DNA from: Firmicutes bacterium CAG:582
GTDB taxonomy: Bacteria; Bacillota_I; Bacilli_A; RF39; UBA660
Direction of reading: 5' to 3'
Assembly: GCA_000435515.1 (NCBI GenBank)
Contig: FR884157.1
Coordinates: 17,920-78,322, forward strand
DNA: 60,403 nt
In this document: positions 46,116-55,984 of the stretch, in pieces
Layout of the letters: each line of letters begins with the position of its first letter
How positions within the stretch are numbered: position 1 is the stretch's first letter
Translations under genes and position numbers: made by a program
The notes under the pieces: generated by a model
The model's input: only the letters and a program-made list of their open reading frames with translations
Told to the model about the DNA's origin: nothing
Databases searched by the model: none

Positions 46116-46997
46116 CTATTTAAGTTTCTTCTTTTTAGCTTTTTCTTTTACATACGATAAAGAATCCTTTATTCCACTTACTCTTAATCCCTTAAGAGGT
46201 TGGCATATACTTTCACATAAATTAACGTGTTTTATATGTTTTAAAAGATAACTACCATACTTAGTCTTCTCTTTATTTTTAAATTTATCGTAATTAGGTA
46301 TTTTGTTTGCATTACTGTAAACACTGCTCAAATCCACAAAAATGTCTTCGCCATCTATACTTATATATTTATCATACCTAGAATAAATTTTTAAAAATTC
46401 ATCAATATTTCCTTTTACTATATTAGAAACTTTATTAGGATTTTCAATAATAAATCTAATGTCACCCTTATATGATAGAGAACAAATCATTTCAAAGAGT
46501 TCATAAATACTTAACTTTTCTTTATTTAAAATAAGCAAAGATGTAAGCAAAACACTTTCCCTATTAAAATTAATTACATCATCAAGTTTTTTTGTACTTT
46601 TAAAAGAATAAATTGGTTTTTGCATTCTACCAGTTACATAAAAACTACTCCAAGTACTTAAATGCTTTATAAAATCTTTAGTTTCTATAACACCAAACTT
46701 ATAATTAACTTTTCTATCTCTCACTACGTTATATATAATACCAGTTCTACCCTTTAATTTTTTAGAACTCAATTTTATTATTTTTTTTCTAGTGCTTTCA
46801 GTATAATCTTCTGGATTTTTAGCAATATCATTAGTTAACCAGTCTTTTAAAGAATCAACTACAAATATAAAATCCATACTTTTTACAGTTTTTGAATTGT
46901 AACCTGCTTGATGAAAAAAACTTGATCCATATCCATAAGCAGCCGTGATTCCATCCTTAGATGAAATTATATTTTGTGCTTCTTTAATATAATCCAT
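46116..46997 (-). CDS. Tam41/Mmp37-like nucleotidyltransferase (phosphatidate cytidylyltransferase type)
   Basis: AAYGYGSSFFHQ...MDFIFVVDSLKDW...NPEDY...YKFGVIE...L..WSSFYVTGRMQKPI resembles Tam41 blocks (YGSGVF.Q, ..LYLAGRLQKPV). Confidence 0.55.
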   Translation of the reverse strand: MDYIKEAQNIISSKDGITAAYGYGSSFFHQAGYNSKTVKSMDFIFVVDSLKDWLTNDIAKNPEDYTESTRKKIIKLSSKKLKGRTGIIYNVVRDRKVNYKFGVIETKDFIKHLSTWSSFYVTGRMQKPIYSFKSTKKLDDVINFNRESVLLTSLLILNKEKLSIYELFEMICSLSYKGDIRFIIENPNKVSNIVKGNIDEFLKIYSRYDKYISIDGEDIFVDLSSVYSNANKIPNYDKFKNKEKTKYGSYLLKHIKHVNLCESICQPLKGLRVSGIKDSLSYVKEKAKKKKLK

Positions 46998-47000
46998 AAA

Positions 47001-47885
47001 TTATTCTCCAATTTTAACGTTTAATATTTCCATTATTCTATCTAAATCACTGTTGGAATCAAATGGAATAACAATCTTTTTCTTAGAAACAACAGCTTTA
47101 GAACCAGTCATTTCTCTTAAAGTATTTTCATATATTTTAAGTTTTAAATCTTTTTCTTCATGTTTAATTTGTTTTCTTTTTGGTATTTCTTCTTCTCTAG
47201 AAATATCTTCAATATCTCTTACAGTTAAATTTTCTCTTACGATTTTATTAGCAAGAGTAATTATTTCCGTTTCATCTTCCATTTTACTTAAAACTCTAGC
47301 ATGACTTGCTGAAATTTTACCAGTTATAACCATATCTTGAACTAGACTTGGAAGTTTTAAAAGGCCAAGAAGATTTGTAATATATGTTCTTGATTTATTG
47401 AAACGATTTGCAAGCATTTCTTGAGTATATCCCATGTTATCCATGAATTTCTTATATGCTTTTGCTTCTTCTATTGCACTCAAATCCTCTCTTTGAATGT
47501 TTTCAATTAAAGCAAGTTCCATCATTTGTTTATCATCAAAATCTTTAATAATAGCTGGAATAGTAGTTAAACCAGCAAGTTTACTTGCTTTTGTTCTACG
47601 TTCACCAGCTACAAGTTCATAGCCTTTAATACTCTTTTTAACAATAATTGGTTCAAGTAACCCATGCTCTTTAATTGATGCAGCAAGTTCACTTAAACTT
47701 TCCTCATCAAAATGAGTTCTAGGTTGGTAAGGGTTTGATCTAATCTCATCAATATTTATATCAACTACATCACTTTTTTTAGTATTTTCAACAATATCTT
47801 TTTCAAACGTATTGAAATCCATTTCACTGTTAAAAAGTTGTTCTAAGCCCTTTCCTAAAGCTTTTCTTGTATTAGTTTGACTCAT
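47001..47885 (-). CDS. parB: chromosome partitioning protein ParB/Spo0J
   Basis: ...I.SNPYQPR..FDEESL.ELA.SIKEHGLLEPIIV.....YELVAGERR..A..LAGL..IPAII. Confidence 0.9.
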   Translation of the reverse strand: MSQTNTRKALGKGLEQLFNSEMDFNTFEKDIVENTKKSDVVDINIDEIRSNPYQPRTHFDEESLSELAASIKEHGLLEPIIVKKSIKGYELVAGERRTKASKLAGLTTIPAIIKDFDDKQMMELALIENIQREDLSAIEEAKAYKKFMDNMGYTQEMLANRFNKSRTYITNLLGLLKLPSLVQDMVITGKISASHARVLSKMEDETEIITLANKIVRENLTVRDIEDISREEEIPKRKQIKHEEKDLKLKIYENTLREMTGSKAVVSKKKIVIPFDSNSDLDRIMEILNVKIGE

Positions 47886-48672
47886 CTCTTCTTATAACCT
47901 CCTCAGCTAAATTATTATAAGCTTTCGCAGCTCTACTCTCTGGGTCATATTCATTTATTGGTTCACCATGACTTGGTGCTTCTACTAAACGTATTAAACG
48001 AGGAATAATGGTATCAAAAACTTTTTCATTAAAGAATCTTCTAACTTCTTCTACAACTTCAAGCCCCAAATTTGTTCTTGAATCAAGCAAAGTTAATAAA
48101 ACTCCCTCTATTCTTAATCTAGGATTTAACCTAGTTTGTGTCATAATAATTGTATTTAAAAGTTGAGTTATTCCTTCTAGTGCAAAAAATTCACATTGTA
48201 CTGGAATAATAACGGAATCACTAGCAACTAAAGCATTTGTTGTTAAAAGCCCTAAACTTGGTGGACAATCAATAATAATGTAATCAAAATTGTCCTTTAT
48301 AGGTTCTAAAACACTTTTTAATTGCTCATTCATCTTAAAGTCATTGTTTTCATGAGTCATCTCTATTAACTCAATATCAATTCCTGCTAAATTTATAGTC
48401 GCAGGCATTATAAATAAATTGGTAAATCTCGTTTTTATTATAGCTTTCTTAGCAGGTACACTCCCATTTAAACAATCATATACACTTGCAGTTATATCAC
48501 CCTTATTTATTCCAAGCCCAGTTGATGTATTACCTTGTGGGTCCAAGTCAATTAAAAGAGTCCTTTTGCCTAATTTTCCTAAAGAAGCAGACAAATTTAT
48601 ACTTGTTGTAGTTTTACCAACTCCACCCTTTTGATTTACTAACGATATAACTCTAGCCATAATACCACTCAT
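47872..48672 (-). CDS. parA: chromosome partitioning ATPase ParA/Soj
   Basis: Deviant Walker A NQKGGVGKTT. DLDPQGN. IIIDCPPSLG. Confidence 0.9.
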   Translation of the reverse strand: MSGIMARVISLVNQKGGVGKTTTSINLSASLGKLGKRTLLIDLDPQGNTSTGLGINKGDITASVYDCLNGSVPAKKAIIKTRFTNLFIMPATINLAGIDIELIEMTHENNDFKMNEQLKSVLEPIKDNFDYIIIDCPPSLGLLTTNALVASDSVIIPVQCEFFALEGITQLLNTIIMTQTRLNPRLRIEGVLLTLLDSRTNLGLEVVEEVRRFFNEKVFDTIIPRLIRLVEAPSHGEPINEYDPESRAAKAYNNLAEEVIRRDESN

Positions 48673-48741
48673 TTCTACCTAATGTCTACATAATAGATTA
48701 TAACATAATTAGTTATTAAATAGAAACCAATTTTTTATATT

Positions 48742-50307
48742 TTAGTTATTATTTTTATTACCATATCTTTGATTAAATTTTTCTATTTGAGTTAGTCTTT
48801 TTTGAGGTTCTTTTTTAGGGACAAAATCTTCTTCATATTCATATCCAAGAGAATACTTACTAACTGGATAAAAAGTAATGATATCTTTTGTTTCCATTAT
48901 AGTAACAACCTGGATTTTATCTAATGATATGTCTCCTAAAACACCTGCACCAGGATAATCAATAATGTACTTATCAACTGATTCATCCAATGATCTAAAA
49001 ACAGGAGTCATATCTTTAATAATATTACGTATTTTAAAATACTCATTATTTATATTAAAAGACGGAGAAAACTTTCCGGAACCATTTTCAGAATAATAAT
49101 GGGCCATTATATGATCAAGTGAACGAATATTTGAATACCTACTTATTTGATTTATAAAATACGATTCAGAATATTCAACAGATTCACGCAAATTTTTCTT
49201 AGCAATCGTATAATACCTATTTATTTCAATCAAAGTTTTTTCAGGAACATTTTGATATTTTAACAAATAATTTTCGGTAACATCTTTAGCCTTAGAATAT
49301 TCTTTTAATCTGGTTAATATATTTACATATAAAATCATTACTTCTATAGAATTATTTGTTGGTAGAATCACAGTTTCAAGAATATTTTTTGCAACATCAT
49401 AATTACCTTGAGATGCTTCTATCTCAGCATTTAATATGTCTTTTACAGGGGAATCATCAAGATCACTAAAATACTTTTTAGCCATATCAATATTTCCTTT
49501 TAATAGTTCAATTCTAGCAAGCCAACTAGCTGATTTATAAATAAGCGATTGAGCACAATTGGATTCATTAACCTTCTTTAATAATTCGTACGCTTCGTCA
49601 TAATCATGATTAAGAAACTTGATAATCGCCTTTGACACAAAGAAAGATGCATCTTTTTCATCAAAATGATTATATTTATCAACATAGTATACCGCAGTTT
49701 TCAAATTATCAGTATTAGCATAAACATCAGCTACCAAACGCGTTTCGTATATTGTTTTTGGTGTAAACTTATATTCTTTAATATATTTTAATGCTTTATA
49801 GTCCTTACGAATGTTATGATAAAAAAATATAATTTGAAATACAGTATCATGTTCACAAAAAAATGGATTACTATCAAGAAAAGCAGCTAACTCTTCATTC
49901 AATCCGCCTTTTCTTCCAGCTATAATAAGAAATCTCATATTCTTTTCATCCTTTTTAGGATCATCATAATATGCTTTTAAAAGATAATAATATGCTTCCT
50001 CATACATAGATAAAAAAGAGTAACAAGTTCCTAGTTTTTGATATACAAAAAATGGTTTAATAGTAGTTGGTTCTTCAATTAATTTAAGTTCATCAATTGC
50101 CTCTTGATAATGACGTTGCTTAAAATAAACCATACCAAGTTCATATCTTAAATGTTCATTACTAGAATCTTTTCCAAGTTCATCTTTTAAAATTGAAGTT
50201 GCCTCATCAATTCTACCTTCATTGGCTAAATATCTAGCTTGATTTTCAGCATAATTAATATTATTCTTTTTAACCATATGGTTATATTGACCTTTATTAT
50301 ATCTCAT
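48742..50307 (-). CDS. TPR-repeat protein with conserved non-TPR C-terminal domain (paralogue 1, divergent)
   Basis: Multiple 34-aa TPR-like repeats. C-terminal block ...YIIDYPGAGVLGDISLDKIQVVTIMETKDIITFYPVS...RLTQIEKFNQRYG. Confidence 0.65.
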   Translation of the reverse strand: MRYNKGQYNHMVKKNNINYAENQARYLANEGRIDEATSILKDELGKDSSNEHLRYELGMVYFKQRHYQEAIDELKLIEEPTTIKPFFVYQKLGTCYSFLSMYEEAYYYLLKAYYDDPKKDEKNMRFLIIAGRKGGLNEELAAFLDSNPFFCEHDTVFQIIFFYHNIRKDYKALKYIKEYKFTPKTIYETRLVADVYANTDNLKTAVYYVDKYNHFDEKDASFFVSKAIIKFLNHDYDEAYELLKKVNESNCAQSLIYKSASWLARIELLKGNIDMAKKYFSDLDDSPVKDILNAEIEASQGNYDVAKNILETVILPTNNSIEVMILYVNILTRLKEYSKAKDVTENYLLKYQNVPEKTLIEINRYYTIAKKNLRESVEYSESYFINQISRYSNIRSLDHIMAHYYSENGSGKFSPSFNINNEYFKIRNIIKDMTPVFRSLDESVDKYIIDYPGAGVLGDISLDKIQVVTIMETKDIITFYPVSKYSLGYEYEEDFVPKKEPQKRLTQIEKFNQRYGNKNNN

Positions 50308-50344
50308 AGAAAACCTCCTATTTTTATCTTTTTACGATATATTA

Positions 50345-51889
50345 TTATTTATAATTAATATTTTCTGTTGGAACTAACATTTTTACATTATTAGCAGTCT
50401 CAGTTGATTCATTATCAAAACTTTTCTTGTAAGATAACTCACTTACTGGATAAAAAGATATTATATCCTTTGTGCCTATAATTGTAACAACTTGCATCTT
50501 ATCTAAAATTTTATCATTAAGAATGCCGGCTGATGGAAAGTCCACTAAATATGTATCACAGACATTGCTACATGCACAAATTTTTGGATATTCATTAGCA
50601 ATCAACTCTTGAAGTTTATAAAAAGTAGCTTCTAAATCCAAGCCAGGAAAGAAATTATACTTTTCAGAACTTGCATTCACACGTTCCAAAGTTGTATCGG
50701 CAGAATAGTCAATTATTTGACCTGACATATAACTTGTTTTTTGAGTTTCTAATCCTATTTTATTTTTAGCAATTGTAATTAGCAAAGTCATATTTGTTAA
50801 AGTGTACTTATCTAGTTCATTTTTATAATTAAAGAATACAAAACCTAATATATTTAAAGCATCCGAGTATTTACCTTTTCTAATATCTATAGAAGCAAGA
50901 TAAATTAATGAAACAATTCTATATTTTTCATCCTTTTCGCTTAACTTTTCCAAAATACTTTCTGCTTTATCTAATTCATTGCTATAAATATACAATGTAG
51001 CTTTTAAAACTTTTGTTTTAGATAAATTAGATGACATAAATTTTAAATTACTTTTTGCTTCTTCTATTTTTCCCAATCTTATTTGAGATTTTATTAACCA
51101 ATAAACGGTTTCATTAGTACGATATCTTTTTTTAACTAAAAGATCATAAATATTTTCGCTTTCAGCATAATTTGAATGACGATATTCAATTTTTCCTTTT
51201 AATAGCAAAGCTGAATTATTTAATCTATCCATACTATTTAAAATATTAAGAGCTTTATCAACTTGACCAGTTTCATAATATATAGCAGCTATAATAGTTT
51301 TATCATAATCATTTTCTGCTACAAAATCTTTATTTTTTATAGTTTCTAATGCCATATCATTCATTTTTAGTTCATGATAAAGATTTAAAATTTGATTTAT
51401 TGTATTATGCTTTTCATAACAAAGATATTTTTTAATAAAAGACAATCCTTCTTGAAATCTCTTAGAATTATTAGCAGAACTTACTACCATATAATATATA
51501 TAATCTTCTTTTTTCTCTTGACGTTCATCATACTCATAAGCTTTAACACCACAATCAAAACTTTCACTATACTTTTTAAGATTAAAATAACATATACAAA
51601 GCTTATAATAAACATGATAAGGTTTAACAACTTTGCCATCCGTTAAAAATAATAAATGCTTCACAGCTTCATCATAATTATGTTTTTTTATATACAATTT
51701 AGCAAATTCAAAATGACATATCATATCACCAGTTAAAGAAAACTTTTTCTCAAGTAATTCAATTGCTTCATCTATTTTGTTTTCACTTGCTAATTCTTTT
51801 ACATCATCAAATGACCTAGCATTTGTTTCTATTTCTCTTACATCAATATCTTGATTATTATCAAAATCTTCCAAAATATAACACCCCAA
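50345..51889 (-). CDS. TPR-repeat protein (paralogue 2)
   Basis: Roughly 60% identical by eye to paralogue 3. Same C-terminal block PKICACS..CD.Y.VDFPSAG...DKMQVVTIIGTKDIISFYPVSELSY. The start codon is uncertain (TTG candidates). Confidence 0.65.
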   Translation of the reverse strand: MGCYILEDFDNNQDIDVREIETNARSFDDVKELASENKIDEAIELLEKKFSLTGDMICHFEFAKLYIKKHNYDEAVKHLLFLTDGKVVKPYHVYYKLCICYFNLKKYSESFDCGVKAYEYDERQEKKEDYIYYMVVSSANNSKRFQEGLSFIKKYLCYEKHNTINQILNLYHELKMNDMALETIKNKDFVAENDYDKTIIAAIYYETGQVDKALNILNSMDRLNNSALLLKGKIEYRHSNYAESENIYDLLVKKRYRTNETVYWLIKSQIRLGKIEEAKSNLKFMSSNLSKTKVLKATLYIYSNELDKAESILEKLSEKDEKYRIVSLIYLASIDIRKGKYSDALNILGFVFFNYKNELDKYTLTNMTLLITIAKNKIGLETQKTSYMSGQIIDYSADTTLERVNASSEKYNFFPGLDLEATFYKLQELIANEYPKICACSNVCDTYLVDFPSAGILNDKILDKMQVVTIIGTKDIISFYPVSELSYKKSFDNESTETANNVKMLVPTENINYK

Positions 51890-51935
51890 TACAAATATGC
51901 AACATATAATAACACATTTTATGCCAAAAGAAAAG

Positions 51936-51959
51936 TCTCACGAAGAGACCTGTCTATAA
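51936..51959 (-). terminator. intrinsic terminator, duplicated copy of the pheT terminator
   Basis: Minus strand reads gtctc-ttcgt-gagac followed by ttttctttt. The surrounding sequence aaagaaaagtctcacRaagagac is shared with 53591-53614. Confidence 0.55.
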
Positions 51960-51997
51960 ATATTTTCTGAGTTCACCAGTCAATTCATAAACTTTCA

Positions 51998-53584
51998 CTA
52001 GCAACTTCCATATTTTTTATTAAACTTTTCTATTTGACTTAATCTTTTTACATTAATAACAGGTCCAACAGAATCACTATCAAAATTTTTCCAATAAGAT
52101 AATTCACTTACTGGATAAAAAGAAATTATATCTTTTGTTCCTATAACTGTAATAACTTGCATTTTATCTAGAGGCCTGTCATAGAAAACACCAGCAGAAG
52201 GAAAATCCACAACATAAGCATCACATGCACGACTACATGCACAAATTTTTGGATATTCATCAGCAATTAGTTCTTGAAGTCTATCAAAAGTGGATTGTAA
52301 ATCAATGTTTTTAAAAAAATGATAACCATTAACACGATCTTCCATATGTCTAAGAGTTGCATTTTGGGAAAAATTGGCCACTTGTTCCATAACATAATTT
52401 GTTTTTTGAATATCAATTCCAATATTAGTTTGTGCAATAGATATAAGCATAATTACATTTGATAAAGCACGCTTATCAAATGTATTTTTATAATTAAAGT
52501 ACACGAATCCTAGTAGATTTAAAGCTTCTGTATATTGATGTTTTCTAATATGTATAGAAGCCAAATAAATTAAAGAAATACATCTGTACTTTCCATCATT
52601 TTCACTCAATTTTTCTAAAATATTTTCTGCTTCATCTAATTCATTACTATAAATACATATAGTCGCCTTTAAAAATTCTGTTTTAGCCAAGTTAGCAGGG
52701 ATTAACTTCAAATTGTTTCTTGCTTCTTCTATTTTTCCCAATCTTATTTGAGATTTAATTAACAAATAAGCCGTTTTACTAGGTCGATATCCTTTTTTTA
52801 CCAAACGTTCAAATATTTTTTCACTTTCCAAATAATTTGTTTGTCGGTATTCAATTTTTCCCTTTAAAATCATAAGTGAATCATATATTTTATCCATTTT
52901 ATTTAATACATCATATGCCTTGTCCATATTACCAGTATCATAATATATATAGGATAAAGTAATTCTATCATAATCGTTTTCTGGTTCAAACGATGTACTT
53001 CTTATAACCTCTAAAGCTTTGTTATTCATTTTTAAATCATGATAAAGACTTATTACTTGATTTACTGTTTTAGGATTTTTATAACAAGGGTATTTTTCTA
53101 TAAAAGATAATCCTTCTTGTAATCTACTAGTTTTATTAGCAGAACTTATTATCATATAATATAAATAATCATCACACTTTTCCTGATTATCACTAGATTC
53201 ATAAGTTTTAATACCACAATCAAAGCATTCATTATATTTTTTAGAATAAAAATAGCATAAGCATAGTTCATAATGAACATAATAAGATTTTACGGAATCA
53301 CAACCAACTAAAGATAATAAAAGATTTATAGCTCCATCATAATTATGCTTTTTTATATACAACTTAGCTAATTCAAACTGACATTTCAAATCACCTGTTA
53401 AAACAAACATTTTATTAAGCATTTCAATTGCCTCATCTATTCTATTTTTTTCTATTAGCTTTTTAACATCATAAAATGATACCACTTCTTTATCTAAATT
53501 TTTATTTTCACTACTTAGAGTTTTATTAACTTCTCCCAAATATAACACCACCAATATAAATATGTAATTTATAGTATCATACAT
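51998..53584 (-). CDS. TPR-repeat protein (paralogue 3)
   Basis: As paralogue 2, ending in RLSQIEKFNKKYG as paralogue 1 does. The ORF track start probably over-extends into the pheT terminator; a TTG after ggtggtg is more likely. Confidence 0.65.
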   Translation of the reverse strand: MYDTINYIFILVVLYLGEVNKTLSSENKNLDKEVVSFYDVKKLIEKNRIDEAIEMLNKMFVLTGDLKCQFELAKLYIKKHNYDGAINLLLSLVGCDSVKSYYVHYELCLCYFYSKKYNECFDCGIKTYESSDNQEKCDDYLYYMIISSANKTSRLQEGLSFIEKYPCYKNPKTVNQVISLYHDLKMNNKALEVIRSTSFEPENDYDRITLSYIYYDTGNMDKAYDVLNKMDKIYDSLMILKGKIEYRQTNYLESEKIFERLVKKGYRPSKTAYLLIKSQIRLGKIEEARNNLKLIPANLAKTEFLKATICIYSNELDEAENILEKLSENDGKYRCISLIYLASIHIRKHQYTEALNLLGFVYFNYKNTFDKRALSNVIMLISIAQTNIGIDIQKTNYVMEQVANFSQNATLRHMEDRVNGYHFFKNIDLQSTFDRLQELIADEYPKICACSRACDAYVVDFPSAGVFYDRPLDKMQVITVIGTKDIISFYPVSELSYWKNFDSDSVGPVINVKRLSQIEKFNKKYGSC

Positions 53585-53588
53585 TAAA

Positions 53589-53616
53589 GCAAAAGAAAAG
53601 TCTCACAAAGAGACTT
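53589..53616 (-). terminator. intrinsic terminator of pheST, overlapping the pheT stop codon
   Basis: Minus strand reads aagtctc-tttgt-gagactt followed by ttcttttgc. Confidence 0.6.
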
Positions 53617-55984
53617 ATTGATTTCTTAACTTAGCATCAAACTTTGTTTCAATATCTTTTATTACTTTATTGAACACTACCATTACTTCTTCATCACTTA
53701 ATGTACGTGTTTCATCTTTAAACACCAACTTATAAGCCATAGATTTCTTACCTTCTTCAATGTTTTCATATATATCAAAGATATTAACTGAATCAAGTAT
53801 TCTTCCAGCACTTTTCTTGATTGCTTCTTTCATTTCAGCATTGGTTACATCATTATTTACAATAAAAGCAAAATCTTTTTCAATACTTGGATATTTAGAA
53901 GCAGTTTTATATTTTATAGGTTTTACTCTGCTTAACAAACTATTTAAATTAAGTTCACAAACATAGATTTCATCTTTTTTAATAGAAGGGTGAACTCTAC
54001 CAATAATACCTATTTCATTTCTATCTAACATAATTCTAGCACTCATATTTGGATGCATATCAGGTAAATCATTTGCTTGAACAAACGAATATCTATTTTT
54101 AAATCCTAGATAATCAAGCAAGTTTTCAACAATTCCTTTTAGTACAAAGAAATCTACTTTAACATTTATTCCTAAAACTCCATTTGTTAAATAATTTCCA
54201 CTCATAAGTATAGCTGCTTTAGTTGTTTCATTATAATTTATGTCATATGTTTTAGCTATTTCATATATTAAAATATCACTTACTTTTCTTGCTTTATTAT
54301 AATCAAAAACATTGATTAATGATGGAAGTATACTTGTTCTAACTACACTTTTATCAACACTCATCGGATTTGGTAAAATAACATTTTCAAGATTATCATA
54401 TTTAAACATCTTAGCCATTTCTGGACTAGTTAAAGTATAAGTCTTTGCTTCATTTAAACCAGATGCTCTTAAACGAGTTGAAACCATTTTTCTTAAACGA
54501 ACATCATCTGCATAACGTCCTAAACGAATTGGAACTCTAGGAACTTTAGATACTAAGTTTTCATATCCATAGAATCTACCAATTTCTTCAGCAATATCAT
54601 TTATATTAGCTTCAACATCTAATCTTCTACGTGGAATAACTACATGGAAAATACCATTTTCATAAGTATATCCAAAATCAAGGCGAGTTAATTCAGTTTT
54701 AACATCTTCATCAGTAAGTTCAATTCCAAGCATTTTATTAATATCATTTTTAGTGAAATCAACACGTTTTTCAGACTTATCTATTACGTCATGTTTTATT
54801 TCGTCTTTTAGTACTTCACCTGATGCATACTTTTCAAGTAGAAAACATGCTCTTTTTATAGCCTCATCAGTATATTCAAAGTTAAGTCCTTTTCCATAAC
54901 GGATACTTGCTTCACTTTTTAAATCAAGTCTTTGAGCAGTAAGTCTAATAGAAACAGCATCAAATATAGCAGATTCAATTAAAACTGTTGTAGTGGATTC
55001 ATCAACTTCAGTGTTTTCTCCACCCATAACCCCAGCTATACATACAGGCTTTTCACCATTCGTGATAACGATGTCATTTTCTGTTAATTTGCGGTTTTTT
55101 CCATCTAAAGTAATGATTTCTTCTCCGTCAACTGCATCCCTTACTAAAACATGTTTTCCAAGTTTATCATAATCAAAGAAGTGAAGTGGTTGACCATATT
55201 CAAGCATAACATAGTTGGATATATCAACAACATTATTAATTGAACGCATACCAGCAGATTTTAAACGATTTTTAATAAACTCAGGAGATTCACCAATTTT
55301 AACATTTTTAACCATTTTAGCAATATAATATGGACATTTTTTAGTTTCAACATCAAGGCTAAATTTATCTTTAATTGATTCATCTACTTCATGATAATCA
55401 CTTTCTGGTAAATGTACACGTTTATTTAAAACTGTTGCAACTTCGTACGCAAAACCGATATGATAATAGCAATCATTATTACGACGTTTATGGTTATCAA
55501 GATCATATATAGTATCATCTAATCCAAGTACTTTTAGTGGGTCTTCTCCAGCCTTTGCAGTTTCAGGAAGCTCTGTAATACCTGCAGCATAAGTTTCATC
55601 ATTTTTTTCTTCAAGACCAAGTTCAAAAAGAGCACAAATCATACCATTTGATTCTACACCTCTAATTTTTCCTTCCTTAATTTGAAAATTCCCAGGTAAT
55701 ATACATCCAGGTAAAGCAACGATTACTTTTATACCTTCACGAACATTGCTAGCTCCACATACTATTTGTCTAACAGTTTTTCCATCGTTAACTTTACAAA
55801 CATGTAAATGATCTGAATCCGGATGATCCACACATTCTAATACTTCACCAACAACAAGATTATCGATATGATGATCTATTACGCCCTCAATATTTAATCC
55901 ACCTTTAGTTACTTGTACTGCTAAATCTTTTAAATCTATACCATCTAAATCTACATAATCTTTAACCCAATTCATACTAATCAT
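53615..55984 (-). CDS. pheT: phenylalanine--tRNA ligase beta subunit
   Basis: 789 aa. N-terminus MISMNWVKDYVD.., plus tRNA-binding, B3/4, B5 and FDX-ACB regions. It overlaps the pheS stop by 1 nt. Confidence 0.95.
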   Translation of the reverse strand: MISMNWVKDYVDLDGIDLKDLAVQVTKGGLNIEGVIDHHIDNLVVGEVLECVDHPDSDHLHVCKVNDGKTVRQIVCGASNVREGIKVIVALPGCILPGNFQIKEGKIRGVESNGMICALFELGLEEKNDETYAAGITELPETAKAGEDPLKVLGLDDTIYDLDNHKRRNNDCYYHIGFAYEVATVLNKRVHLPESDYHEVDESIKDKFSLDVETKKCPYYIAKMVKNVKIGESPEFIKNRLKSAGMRSINNVVDISNYVMLEYGQPLHFFDYDKLGKHVLVRDAVDGEEIITLDGKNRKLTENDIVITNGEKPVCIAGVMGGENTEVDESTTTVLIESAIFDAVSIRLTAQRLDLKSEASIRYGKGLNFEYTDEAIKRACFLLEKYASGEVLKDEIKHDVIDKSEKRVDFTKNDINKMLGIELTDEDVKTELTRLDFGYTYENGIFHVVIPRRRLDVEANINDIAEEIGRFYGYENLVSKVPRVPIRLGRYADDVRLRKMVSTRLRASGLNEAKTYTLTSPEMAKMFKYDNLENVILPNPMSVDKSVVRTSILPSLINVFDYNKARKVSDILIYEIAKTYDINYNETTKAAILMSGNYLTNGVLGINVKVDFFVLKGIVENLLDYLGFKNRYSFVQANDLPDMHPNMSARIMLDRNEIGIIGRVHPSIKKDEIYVCELNLNSLLSRVKPIKYKTASKYPSIEKDFAFIVNNDVTNAEMKEAIKKSAGRILDSVNIFDIYENIEEGKKSMAYKLVFKDETRTLSDEEVMVVFNKVIKDIETKFDAKLRNQ

